A stretch of DNA of 55,803 bases from a virus (IMGVR_UViG_3300016472_000794:1-55803); one strand, 5' to 3'. Positions 17,701-26,632 are shown, counted from the stretch's first letter. Notes: generated by a model from the sequence alone, not told the origin. Numbers and translations are program-made.

Positions 17701-18058
17701 GCCGCCACCCCATGACCCCGCCCGACCGCGCCGCGCTGGCGGGCAACGCCCCCACCGGGCGCGAGCGGAGTTGTTAACAAGTTCATTGAGGACGGGGAAC
17801 TTGGCGATTCAGTTGTCCGGGAATTCCGAACAGCTGCCGCTGACTGAAGCCGAGACCCCGCCCGACCGCGCCGCGCTGGCGCTGCTGGCGGCGCTGATGG
17901 ACGCGGTGATCGCAGCCGCGCCGGAGGTGGAGCCTACCCCACCGCCTGCACCATAAACCGTTCCCTATCTGGAATTATGCACCATTTTTGGAGCATCAAC
18001 CTGCAACGCGGCGTTTGGAACAACCGCATGATCGCAGCCTCGCCGGGAGTAGGCTCGG

Positions 18059-18367
18059 GTGGATAAGCCCACGAAACAACGCAGGGCTCACCTGCGACGT
18101 CGGGCGCGAGATCTCGCGCCTGTAGATGGCGGGGTCGAGTTCGCATTGCGTTGTGATCTGCGGCGCCGGCAGATTTCGATCCCCGAGCAGGCTTTGATCG
18201 ACGGCATGGAGCCCGCCGAGCGGGCGCTCGTGTACGAATACGGATTCCGGCGCGTGCTCGCCGCTCGGGACGCCGGATGCGGCGGCACGCTTCAGATGGA
18301 GCAATGGCTGAAGCGCGACCGAGAGAAGCGGCAGGAAAAGCTGCTGAGAACCAAGGTGACGAAATAG
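18059..18367 (+). CDS. Hypothetical protein
   Basis: ORF track; plausible codon usage. Confidence 0.55.
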   Translation: MDKPTKQRRAHLRRRARDLAPVDGGVEFALRCDLRRRQISIPEQALIDGMEPAERALVYEYGFRRVLAARDAGCGGTLQMEQWLKRDREKRQEKLLRTKVTK

Positions 18368-18410
18368 GGTTCGCCAGCGGTTGACGCGACTCGCGAGTCC
18401 CCTGAACGCT

Positions 18411-18443
18411 GAACGGCCTGGCGGTGCAAACGCCAGGCCGTTC
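18411..18443 (+). other. Perfect 13-bp hairpin in the leader of the replication operon
   Basis: GAACGGCCTGGCG-GTGCAAA-CGCCAGGCCGTTC. Confidence 0.7.
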
Positions 18444-18610
18444 GTCTGTTCGCTGTTTTAGCGGGTGGGCGAGCGCATCTTCCCTTGGAGACACTCCAGA
18501 TGCACACGCGCATCTCATATAGGGCCTTGGCGCCCGATTCCGCAAGAACGTGCGCAGCGGCTGCAGAACCCGACATAGGATCACTCCTCCCGACCCGGGA
18601 GTGAGTCCCC

Positions 18611-18946
18611 ATGAGCCTCAGTTTACATAATAAACCTTCTGCGACTCCGAGACTGGGCGCGGAAGCCCGCAAGAACGTGCGCCGACTGATCGCGATTCTG
18701 GCGGCCAGTCCCGAGCCGCTGCGCCTGTGCGAAATGGCGCGGTGCTGGGGCGACGAACGTGTGGACCAGAAATACCTGTTGCGATGCCTGCAGCGCATTG
18801 AGCGCGCGGGGCTCGCGTATTGTGTGATCCGACCCGCCGGCGCGCGCCGGTTTGGGAGCGGCAATGAAACCGCGGCGCGCTATCGCGCCTACCCCGCCAC
18901 CGTCTGCATGGACATCGACCAAGCGGTCGATCTTTGCGTTTCCTGA
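18611..18946 (+). CDS. Winged-helix-like DNA-binding protein
   Basis: ILAASPEPLRLCEMARCW...LRCLQRIERAGLAYC...RYRAY. Confidence 0.55.
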   Translation: MSLSLHNKPSATPRLGAEARKNVRRLIAILAASPEPLRLCEMARCWGDERVDQKYLLRCLQRIERAGLAYCVIRPAGARRFGSGNETAARYRAYPATVCMDIDQAVDLCVS

Positions 18947-18958
18947 GTCGAGGTTCGA

Positions 18959-19876
18959 GTGTCAGCACCACGTAAGGGCCCGAGGCTCTCCATCATTCCG
19001 GGGCGCGCGGCGGACGATCTCCGCCTCACCCTGCTGGATCTGCGCCTGCTGTGCGTTCTCGGCCGCCACACCGACGATGAGGGGTGGTGCTATCCCAACC
19101 AGGCGCGCATCGCCCAGCAGCTGGACGTCGCCCGCACGAGCGTGAGCAAGGCCATCACCCGGCTGGTCGGCGCCGGCTACGTCGAGACCCGGCCCCGCAC
19201 CCTCCCCGGCAAGGGAAAGGTCGGCTGTTTCTACCGGGTGATTCTAGATCCGCCATTTGCAGACACCCCAAAGCCGGTGTGCCTGGACGAGCACACCGGG
19301 AAATCGGAAGCCGATGGGGCCCATCCGGTGTGCTCAAAAGAGAACATCGGGGCCGATGTGCTCAAGCTGGAGCACACAGAACGACCCAGAGATTATCTCC
19401 CTACGGTCGATAATCTCGACTCCTCTCCTGCGCCTGCGGCGGCGAAGCCCGACCCCGTGACGCTGTACGAGCGCCTGGTCACGCAGACCCCCTCCAAACG
19501 ACGGGGCCGCCCGAAACGACCCGAGACTCCGCCGCCCGACGGCGACCAGGTTCCGGAGGCGGCGCGGCTGGCTGCGATCAAAATGGGCGTCTTGCCACTC
19601 CGGGTCGAATCGATGTGGGCTGAGTGTCTGGACTGGCACAGCGCCCGAGGGATCGAACGCGTCGACTGGGTCGCGGTGTTCCGGCAGTGGGTTCGCAAGA
19701 GGCAGAAATTTGACGAACGAGATCGCGACGCTGACGCCATCACTCGGGCAGCCCTTGCGCGCACGCCGCGCACCGGCAGCCGACCAGCAGATCGCGGAGG
19801 CGTCGGCACGATCATCGAGATCGCGCGTCGCGCTCGCGAGGCGGAACGGAAACTGGTCGATCCAGCTGAGCGCTGA
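18959..19876 (+). CDS. Replication initiator-like protein (N-terminal HTH)
   Basis: GWCYPNQARIAQQLDVARTSVSKAITRLVGAGYV HTH; C-terminal DWVAVFRQWVRK. Confidence 0.8.
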   Translation: MSAPRKGPRLSIIPGRAADDLRLTLLDLRLLCVLGRHTDDEGWCYPNQARIAQQLDVARTSVSKAITRLVGAGYVETRPRTLPGKGKVGCFYRVILDPPFADTPKPVCLDEHTGKSEADGAHPVCSKENIGADVLKLEHTERPRDYLPTVDNLDSSPAPAAAKPDPVTLYERLVTQTPSKRRGRPKRPETPPPDGDQVPEAARLAAIKMGVLPLRVESMWAECLDWHSARGIERVDWVAVFRQWVRKRQKFDERDRDADAITRAALARTPRTGSRPADRGGVGTIIEIARRAREAERKLVDPAER

Positions 19877-20531
19877 CGTCGAGCCGATTGACCTCCGTGC
19901 CGCACTCGCTGCGGTTGCGCCGACGCTGGCTCCCGCCAGTCTGTCCGACGTGCTGACGCTGCTGGTGCGCATCACGGCGGCCTGCCGTCGACCGAACGAC
20001 ATCGCCAGCGAAGAGTCTGTTGCGGCCTACACCGCCTCGATGGCGGAGATGATGGTCGAGTTCCCCGTGGACATCTTGGAGGCGTCGGCTTCACGCTGGG
20101 TCGATGAGGTGGCGTGGTGGCCGAAGCGGGCGGAGCTGCGTGCGATCTGCATGGACGAGCTGCGCGTCCGGTCGGCGCTGTGCGAGGAGCTGCAGGCGCA
20201 GATCGCTGCGTGCGAGGCGCAGAAGCCCGGCGCGCGCGGGGTGGCGCCGCGGGGCGTCACCGCGGCGTTTGTGGAGGAGGTGCGTCGCCGTCACGGTGAC
20301 GCGTATGTGCGTGGGTACCTGTCGGGCGGCGTGAACTGCTTGTTCAGCGACACCACGGTGTTCGTTCCTTCGCGAACGGTGCAGCAGATCCTGCTCGACG
20401 AAAATTACGTCGCTGTTGGTCGCACCAAGGTGCAGATCGAGATCTGCCGCACGATCATGGCCATGCTGGAGCGGCACTGCGAGAGCGCCGGGCCCGCCCC
20501 GGAGCGCAAACCCTCCAGCCGGCGGGCGTAA
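19710..20531 (+). CDS. Putative helicase-loader/replication accessory protein (start uncertain)
   Basis: EFPVDIL.....RWV....WWPKRAELRAIC motif; directly after the initiator. Confidence 0.55.
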   Translation: MTNEIATLTPSLGQPLRARRAPAADQQIAEASARSSRSRVALARRNGNWSIQLSADVEPIDLRAALAAVAPTLAPASLSDVLTLLVRITAACRRPNDIASEESVAAYTASMAEMMVEFPVDILEASASRWVDEVAWWPKRAELRAICMDELRVRSALCEELQAQIAACEAQKPGARGVAPRGVTAAFVEEVRRRHGDAYVRGYLSGGVNCLFSDTTVFVPSRTVQQILLDENYVAVGRTKVQIEICRTIMAMLERHCESAGPAPERKPSSRRA

Positions 20532-20560
20532 GATGCTCCTGTCCAGCTTGGAGCTGTCCG

Positions 20561-20800
20561 GTGGAGCTGATGTCGATGGCGAAAAATATGTCCAAGTCCG
20601 ATATCCGCGCGTCCCTGCCCGGCCGCATGAGATTCCCGGTCACCATCGAGAGGCTCGCCCGGGATATTGGCGCGCCGCGTCACTTGGTGAGCGAGGTGGT
20701 CCGCGCGATGGCGTCGGCGCGAAAGCCGCAGATTCGCGTGGTCGGAACCGTTTCGGAGGACGGCGAGCGGCGCGTGGCGTTTCAGGAGATCCCGCAGTGA
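20561..20800 (+). CDS. Small DNA-binding-like protein
   Basis: VTIERLARDIGAPRHLVSEVV, HTH-like. Confidence 0.5.
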   Translation: MELMSMAKNMSKSDIRASLPGRMRFPVTIERLARDIGAPRHLVSEVVRAMASARKPQIRVVGTVSEDGERRVAFQEIPQ

Positions 20801-21060
20801 CGCGGGAGGAGCTGCGGGCCGCGGTTTATCAGGAGTTGCACGCCTGCATGCGCGAGCACATCTGCGACCTGCTGGTGCAGCGCGGATTGAGCGTGTGCGA
20901 CCAGAACCTGGCGCTGCTGCACGCGGTCGCCGATTTCGGGGCTGACGTGTCGGTCTATGTGCAGGCGCCCGGGGTCGAGGCGGGTGATCTGGTCGCGAGC
21001 GCCATGGCGCTCCGTCTGCAGGCGGGCGCCGCGCGACGGCAATGCATCGGCGCCGCGTGA
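20797..21060 (+). CDS. Hypothetical protein
   Basis: GTGA-coupled start with AGGAGA RBS. Confidence 0.55.
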   Translation: MTREELRAAVYQELHACMREHICDLLVQRGLSVCDQNLALLHAVADFGADVSVYVQAPGVEAGDLVASAMALRLQAGAARRQCIGAA

Positions 21061-21920
21061 TGGCGGCGTACTACAACGAAAACGATCCGTTCGCAGTCGC
21101 GTGGCTGCGCAACCTCATCGCCGCAGGAGAGATCGCTCCCGGTGATGTCGATGACAGGAGCATCTGTGACGTCCAACCCGATGATCTCGTGGGCTACACG
21201 CAGTGTCATTTCTTTGCTGGAATTGGGCTCTGGTCTTACGCCCTCCGGCTCGCTGGATGGCCTGACGGGCGCCCGGTCTGGACCGGCAGCTGCCCCTGCC
21301 AGCCCTTCTCCGGCGCCGGAAAGCAGCGCGGCACGGACGACGAGCGTCACCTCTGGCCTGAGTTCAGGCGTCTCATCGCCGTCGGCGCGCCTCCAGTCGT
21401 TTTTGGAGAGCAGGTTGCGAGCCCGCTTGGCCTCGACTGGCTCCACCATGTACGCGCTGACATGGAAGCCGAGGGCTACGCCTTCGGCGGCGCCGATCTG
21501 TGCGCTGCGGGCGTCGGTGCGCCGCAAATCCGGCAGCGTTTGTATTTCACCGGGCTTGGTCGCGGCTGGCTGGCCGGCGCCGACGGTGGGGAATGGCGAC
21601 GGAGGCCAAAGTCCAGCACCTGGGACCAGCGCGACGGGACGAACCCCCGATGGCCGCAAAGTGACGGTGGCGTTGCCGATGGTCGCGATGTTGACGGACT
21701 GGTCTCTCCGGGGAGAGCAGGCGCGCCGACAAACGGCTTCTGGGCAGATGCTGATTGGCTCTTCTGCCGGGATGGAGTCTGGCGGCCGGTTGAGCCCGGA
21801 ACATTCCCGCTGGCTGATGGGTATCCCACGCGCGTGGGACGCCTGCGCGCCTATGGAAACGCCATCGTCCCGCAGGTCGCGGCGGTCTTCATCGGCGCCG
21901 TGATGGATCTGGCGCCATAG
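21060..21920 (+). CDS. DNA (cytosine-5) methyltransferase, alpha polypeptide
   Basis: FFAGIG (motif I), GSCPCQPFS (IV), EQV (VI), RQRLY (VIII), RLRAYGNAIVP (X). Confidence 0.9.
   Translation: MAAYYNENDPFAVAWLRNLIAAGEIAPGDVDDRSICDVQPDDLVGYTQCHFFAGIGLWSYALRLAGWPDGRPVWTGSCPCQPFSGAGKQRGTDDERHLWPEFRRLIAVGAPPVVFGEQVASPLGLDWLHHVRADMEAEGYAFGGADLCAAGVGAPQIRQRLYFTGLGRGWLAGADGGEWRRRPKSSTWDQRDGTNPRWPQSDGGVADGRDVDGLVSPGRAGAPTNGFWADADWLFCRDGVWRPVEPGTFPLADGYPTRVGRLRAYGNAIVPQVAAVFIGAVMDLAP
21142..21903 (+). CDS. Embedded +1-frame ORF, putative methyltransferase beta polypeptide
   Basis: 253-aa open frame inside the MTase gene with GWPAPT and RLSPEHSRWLMGIPRAW (motif IX-like); true start uncertain. Confidence 0.65.
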   Translation: MMSMTGASVTSNPMISWATRSVISLLELGSGLTPSGSLDGLTGARSGPAAAPASPSPAPESSAARTTSVTSGLSSGVSSPSARLQSFLESRLRARLASTGSTMYALTWKPRATPSAAPICALRASVRRKSGSVCISPGLVAAGWPAPTVGNGDGGQSPAPGTSATGRTPDGRKVTVALPMVAMLTDWSLRGEQARRQTASGQMLIGSSAGMESGGRLSPEHSRWLMGIPRAWDACAPMETPSSRRSRRSSSAP

Positions 21921-21922
21921 GT

Positions 21923-21954
21923 GCTTGACGAGAAAAATAGACGTCTTATATAGT
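21923..21954 (+). promoter_or_regulatory. Early promoter/operator, copy 3
   Basis: GCTTGACG-AGAAAAATAGACGTCTTA-TATAGT, followed by an AGACAGGAGA RBS like that after copy 1. Confidence 0.75.
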
Positions 21955-21978
21955 GAGCGTAGACAGGAGAGCGCTCAC

Positions 21979-22224
21979 ATGAAGTTCACGACACGCAAGA
22001 TGTTCGGTGGCCACACCGTCCAGCACGACAACGTGGCCATCGCCAATTTCTCCCGCGGCGAGCAGGGGGATATGCTGTACAGCCTGCTCATTTCGGCGCT
22101 GTGCGCGCAGGGACACGAGGTGTTTGACCTCGATCTCGGCAAGACGCTCTGCGGCGATCTGGGAACGATGATCCGCGAAGACGAGATTGCCGCCGCCCGG
22201 GCCTCCATCAAGGTCGTGGAGTAA
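21979..22224 (+). CDS. Hypothetical protein
   Basis: AGGAGA RBS; downstream of promoter copy 3. Confidence 0.65.
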   Translation: MKFTTRKMFGGHTVQHDNVAIANFSRGEQGDMLYSLLISALCAQGHEVFDLDLGKTLCGDLGTMIREDEIAAARASIKVVE

Positions 22225-22229
22225 CGCCG

Positions 22230-22481
22230 ATGTCATCCGCTGCATTCAAGGTCGGTGACCGCGTGTGGTTTGTTTCGAAGTACCGTCGTCGCGTTGAGGG
22301 TGTTTTCGAGGGCATGTGTAGCCAGCCGATGACGGGCCGGGGCTCGGTTGAGGTTGCCCTCGTCCGTTCTGACAATGCCTTCGGCGACCTTGGGCTTAAG
22401 GGTGTGCTCTGCTCCGTGTCGCCCTCCTCCCTGCGTCGCGTCGAGGGGGACGGAAACACTGCGGAAACCAGTGCCCCGTAA
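22230..22481 (+). CDS. Hypothetical protein (SH3/KOW-like start FKVGDRV)
   Basis: GGAG RBS. Confidence 0.55.
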   Translation: MSSAAFKVGDRVWFVSKYRRRVEGVFEGMCSQPMTGRGSVEVALVRSDNAFGDLGLKGVLCSVSPSSLRRVEGDGNTAETSAP

Positions 22482-22540
22482 GTCTGCCCTTTGCGCGCCG
22501 TGCTAAGACGGTTGCGCCATTGACAGGGCGCTCAATCGAC

Positions 22541-23116
22541 ATGACGTCTCACACTGACACGCACGCTGGAGACGATCAGGGATCTGGCGCCCTCACGATG
22601 GAGACCGCCCGCCTCGCTAAGGCGGTCCTCGGCATCATCTGCGCCATTGTGGACGTGCTGCCAGAAGGCGTTCTCGCGCGCCGCCCGGCCGCGCGGGCGG
22701 CGGTGGTTCGCCGCCTCTATTTCTACACCCTCTCGTCTTGGATGGGCTCGCCCGTGATCGGGCGCATCACCGGCTTCAATTCCGCCCACATCAACCGCGA
22801 GATCAATGCGATCTGGGCGTGGGCCGAGAACAACGCCATGATCGAGACCTTGGTTGAGCGGCTCGACGCTTGGTTCGGCAATGTCCCTGAGGTGTTGCGC
22901 GAGGCGGAGGAGCTGACCGCAGAAATGATGCTGGAGCGCGCCGAAGAGCGTGTGCGCGCCGCAGCGGATCGGGTATCTCAGAAGGCGGCGCCGCCGCCGC
23001 CGGCGGCGCTGCGTGCGGCGCTCAAGTCTACCCCCGCGCCCAAGAAGAAGCCGTCCCCGCAGCGCGCTGCTGCGCGGACGCTGCGCCTTGCGGCTCTCGA
23101 CGGCGCGAGGGTCTGA
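22541..23116 (+). CDS. DnaA domain IV-like HTH protein, candidate regulator
   Basis: RRLYFYTL...GSPVIGRITGFNSAHINREINAI resembles the DnaA C-terminal HTH. Confidence 0.5.
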   Translation: MTSHTDTHAGDDQGSGALTMETARLAKAVLGIICAIVDVLPEGVLARRPAARAAVVRRLYFYTLSSWMGSPVIGRITGFNSAHINREINAIWAWAENNAMIETLVERLDAWFGNVPEVLREAEELTAEMMLERAEERVRAAADRVSQKAAPPPPAALRAALKSTPAPKKKPSPQRAAARTLRLAALDGARV

Positions 23117-23586
23117 TGGCACCCGACAGCGTCGCTGAGCTGAGCCGCTTGATTTTCGAGTTCGTCCGCGCAAGCGACCAGCGAACGCTCGACATCGAAA
23201 AGCAGTGGCGCGTTGACGCTGGCGCGATGTCGGACAAGATCGAGCGGGCGTTCGACGGCGTGCGCCGCTCCATCGAGGAGAACCATCGCAGCCTGATGGA
23301 GCGCATCGAGGGCGTTGCGCGCGAGCTGACGGGCGATCACGCGTCCCTCAAGGAGGAGGTCTATGCGCTCAAGGCGCGCATGGACCTGGCCGAGGCCCGC
23401 GTCCAGGCGAAGGCGGACCTCGTGAAGAAGACCGCGCAGGTGATCGGCCAGCACGGCCTGAAGATCGCCCTGATCGCCTATGTTTTGCTCGATGCGGTCT
23501 TTAAGTTCCTGCCCCAGACGTCTATATTGAGCGGGCAGACGCCGATCCGAGGGTCCTACGCCACGGTCGCGCCGCCTGTGCCCTAG
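23116..23586 (+). CDS. Coiled-coil protein with a C-terminal TM
   Basis: Heptad-rich body, LKIALIAYVLLDAVF. Confidence 0.6.
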   Translation: MAPDSVAELSRLIFEFVRASDQRTLDIEKQWRVDAGAMSDKIERAFDGVRRSIEENHRSLMERIEGVARELTGDHASLKEEVYALKARMDLAEARVQAKADLVKKTAQVIGQHGLKIALIAYVLLDAVFKFLPQTSILSGQTPIRGSYATVAPPVP

Positions 23587-23618
23587 CCGGGCGCGTCGAA
23601 TCGTATTTGTGACGTTTA

Positions 23619-23888
23619 ATGTTGCAGGATCTTCCCTACTGGTGTCCGCCTGAATCCGTTGCCCCGATCAGGGCGGCGATCTCGGAGGCGGGCTACGGCG
23701 AGATTTCCCTGTACGCCGACGGCCCCGACGTCCTGAGCGTCAGCGCCGTCTCCAGCCGCACAAAGATCCGATACGTCGTTCGGTGCAAGGCGCTTCGCGA
23801 CTGGGCCGATGTGCTGCAGTCCTTGGATCGACAACAGCGCCGCGATCTGCTGCGTGGCCGCACGGGAGAGACAGATGGAATGGAATAG
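23619..23888 (+). CDS. Hypothetical protein
   Basis: ORF track; overlaps the AAA gene start. Confidence 0.5.
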   Translation: MLQDLPYWCPPESVAPIRAAISEAGYGEISLYADGPDVLSVSAVSSRTKIRYVVRCKALRDWADVLQSLDRQQRRDLLRGRTGETDGME

Positions 23889-24828
23889 CCTCGGCGCCGA
23901 GCAGCCCGTGGAGGTTGTCGGCCTGAAGTCAGGTGCGGCGGAAAGGTATGCGCATTCGAACGGGCTCTATTGGGGCACGCCGGATTCGACTGATGCGCTG
24001 CAGCCCGGCTTCTACCGGCCGGTCGCGACCCAGATGGGGCCTGCCGTCTCGAAGCTGGATATGTCGACCGACAACCTGTTGGAGCTGCCCGACCCGACCT
24101 GCGATGCGCTGCTGCGTGAGTTCGTGGCGTTCTGGACCCGCGCGGAGCAGATGCGGAAGCGCGGCTTTTCCCTGAAGCGCGGCATCTTCCTGCAAGGCAA
24201 GCCGGGCGGCGGAAAAACCTCGGCGATCCAGCGGATGAGCGCGCACATGATCAACGAGATGGGGGGCGTGGTGGTCCTGATAACGCACCCCACCGTCTCG
24301 GCCCAGGCGTTGCAGCTTGTGCGCCAGATCGAGCAGAAGCGACCGATGATCTGCGTGTACGAGGACATCGACGCAATGGTGGACAGCTACGGTGAGTCCG
24401 AGATCCTGGCGCTCCTCGACGGCGAGCTGCAGATCGGCAACGTCGTCAATGTCGCAACCTGCAATTACCCCGAGCGGCTCGACCCGCGGTTCACCAACCG
24501 TCCCGGCCGGTTTGACCGGCTCATCGAGGTGCCCATGCCGCTGCCGGCGGCGCGGGAGGCCTATTTCCGCATCAAGGCGCCCGAGCTGGAGTTTGACACG
24601 CCGCGTCTGCGTCGCTGGGTCGAGGCCAGCGAGGGCTGGTCCATCGCCCACCTGCGCGAGCTGGTGATCGCGACACTGGAGCTGGGCGAGGACGATGGCG
24701 AGGTGATCGCTCGCCTGATTAAGATGCACGAGGTTCCCCCCTCCTCCGATCAGTTCGAGCGCGACAGGACCTTCGGGTTCAGGGCCGCTCGCCAGGCGCC
24801 GCGGATGCGAACTCGCGAGTTCATGTGA
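23875..24828 (+). CDS. AAA+ ATPase
   Basis: Walker A GKPGGGKTS, Walker B VYEDID, SRH ATCNYPERLD...RPGRFD. Confidence 0.92.
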   Translation: MEWNSLGAEQPVEVVGLKSGAAERYAHSNGLYWGTPDSTDALQPGFYRPVATQMGPAVSKLDMSTDNLLELPDPTCDALLREFVAFWTRAEQMRKRGFSLKRGIFLQGKPGGGKTSAIQRMSAHMINEMGGVVVLITHPTVSAQALQLVRQIEQKRPMICVYEDIDAMVDSYGESEILALLDGELQIGNVVNVATCNYPERLDPRFTNRPGRFDRLIEVPMPLPAAREAYFRIKAPELEFDTPRLRRWVEASEGWSIAHLRELVIATLELGEDDGEVIARLIKMHEVPPSSDQFERDRTFGFRAARQAPRMRTREFM

Positions 24829-24945
24829 TGGGTGTATCCAGAGGGCGTCCGTCACGCGCTTCTGGGGCTGCGCGCTGGTGGCGCTGAGCGCTGTGCTGCT
24901 GTGCGTGCTGGCGCCGGCGGTGGTTTGGATACTGTGGAGGATGGG

Positions 24946-25515
24946 ATGAGCGACGATTTGAAAACCGCGCTGCGTGCGGTGGTGGAGGCGCTGCCGGGCG
25001 CGACGAAGGCCAGTGAACAGCCGATGCTAACGGAGACGCAGATCGTGTCGGAACATCCGCAAGAGCGACGGTTGACGTTAAGCGAATGGGCGGACGCGCT
25101 TGAAAAGCGCGCCTCGACGTATGCGGTCGATGATTGCGGGTGGTCCGCAGAAGCGGCGCGGTTTGACCGCGCCCTCGCAGCGCGGCTGCGCGAGGCGGAC
25201 GAGGCGCTGGCGAAGCTGATCGCCGAGAATGCCCGCTTGCTCAAGCCGCAGTTCTATTGGGACCCGGAAGATCCTGAGACGCCGCGCGACAACGCGTTTG
25301 AATACATGGACGAGTATCACCCTGGCGAAATTCGTATGTGGACCACAGGCAACGAAACTGGCGTCGTGTACGCCGTCATGTTGCCCGCCGAAGAGGACGC
25401 GGACAGCGACGACGAATGGACCTTTGAACATCGCGACAAGGCGACCGTCCACAAAGCGCTTGCAGAAGAACTAGAGCGCCGCGCCCGCCGCGCGCGAGGA
25501 GGCGACCATGGCTGA
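24946..25515 (+). CDS. Hypothetical protein
   Basis: GGAGG RBS before MSDDLK. Confidence 0.6.
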   Translation: MSDDLKTALRAVVEALPGATKASEQPMLTETQIVSEHPQERRLTLSEWADALEKRASTYAVDDCGWSAEAARFDRALAARLREADEALAKLIAENARLLKPQFYWDPEDPETPRDNAFEYMDEYHPGEIRMWTTGNETGVVYAVMLPAEEDADSDDEWTFEHRDKATVHKALAEELERRARRARGGDHG

Positions 25516-25888
25516 GCCGAAGTGCGAGACAGTGGTGCGTCCACCCGTGACCCACAAGCTGAAGACGTGGCCTGAGTACTTCGACGCCGTCGCGCTTGGG
25601 GTGAAGACCTTCGAGGTGCGCGAGGATGATCGCGGGTATCGGGTGGGCGACTTGCTCTACCTTTGCGAGTGGTGCCCGAAAGAAAAGGCATTCACCGGCG
25701 CGACATGCTTGAAGCGCGTCACTTACATTCTTCACGGCGGACAGTTTGGCATCGAGGCCGATTGCGTCGTCATGGGGCTTGCAGAAGTCGTAAACGCCGC
25801 CGCCATCCGCGCGCGGAAATCGAACCCGCAGCCCGCCGGGGGCTGTGGCCCCGAAACCCCGGCGCCCAACACGGAGCCCCAGCCATGA
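25508..25888 (+). CDS. DUF3850/ASCH-domain protein
   Basis: HKLKTWPEYFDAV..GVKTFEVREDDRGYRVGDLLYLCEW. Confidence 0.85.
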   Translation: MAEPKCETVVRPPVTHKLKTWPEYFDAVALGVKTFEVREDDRGYRVGDLLYLCEWCPKEKAFTGATCLKRVTYILHGGQFGIEADCVVMGLAEVVNAAAIRARKSNPQPAGGCGPETPAPNTEPQP

Positions 25889-26145
25889 CCGACACCGAGC
25901 GCGCGCGAGAGGTGGCGCGGCAGATCGCACCGCAAGCGTACATGCTGCGCTGGCTTATGAAGGAAGAGGCAAGCCTTTACGGTGAATGTGAGGGCCGCGA
26001 TTTCGACGTGCTGCACAGCGCAGAAGTCGTCACAATCACCGGCAAGGTCACAGGGCCGCGCGCTGGATACGCGCTTGTGTCTGTCACCTCCTTCGGCCGC
26101 CTCGTCGCCGCCGAGCTGGAGAAGGAACGCGCCGATGAGCAGTGA
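25885..26145 (+). CDS. Hypothetical protein
   Basis: ATGA-coupled; GGAG RBS. Confidence 0.55.
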   Translation: MTDTERAREVARQIAPQAYMLRWLMKEEASLYGECEGRDFDVLHSAEVVTITGKVTGPRAGYALVSVTSFGRLVAAELEKERADEQ

Positions 26146-26398
26146 GAGACCGACGCTGGCCGAGCTGGCTGATGAGCTTGAAGCGGAAAAGCCTTGTGGA
26201 GGCTACACCGCCGCCAATGCCATCGCCCTATCGCCGGACACCGTAGCGCTCCTCGCAGCGCGCCTGCGCGAGGCGGACGAGGCGCTTGTCGCTGCCGAAC
26301 GCGTGCTGTGCGGATGGGAGCATGTTGAGGACAGCGCCGAGGAGCGCGATGCACTGGCAAAGGTCCGCCGCGCGCTCACAGGAGGCGGCCATGAATAG
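26135..26398 (+). CDS. Hypothetical protein sharing LAARLREADEAL with 24946-25515
   Basis: AAGGA RBS; 36-bp near-identical segment. Confidence 0.55.
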   Translation: MSSERPTLAELADELEAEKPCGGYTAANAIALSPDTVALLAARLREADEALVAAERVLCGWEHVEDSAEERDALAKVRRALTGGGHE

Positions 26399-26519
26399 CG
26401 CGCTGCAATGGGTCGCCGAGAACCAGTTTCCGCTCACCGCAGGCGCAATTCTTTTTGTGATGGTCGTGTTCTGTGTCGGGCTCATTGCGACACTGTGCAT
26501 GCTGATCGCAGATCGGTAG
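26391..26519 (+). CDS. Small TM peptide
   Basis: AGGAGG RBS; single hydrophobic segment. Confidence 0.5.
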   Translation: MNSALQWVAENQFPLTAGAILFVMVVFCVGLIATLCMLIADR

Positions 26520-26632
26520 GGTCAGCCATGGGTGAGCGGCTTTAGCCGCCGTTCGCGCGGCAGTCCGACAATAGCCACTCCTGCGCGGCGCATTTAGCCA
26601 CCGTGGTACGATGGCGCTGAAGGAGCTGATTC

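Larger units (their letters stand above)
16987..17881 (+). repeat. Dispersed direct repeat: about 54 bp x2 (16987-17040, 17710-17763) plus a 28-bp partial copy (17854-17881)
   Basis: ccatgaccccgcccgaccgcgccgcgctggcgggcaacgc is identical over 40 bp in copies 1 and 2. Confidence 0.95.
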
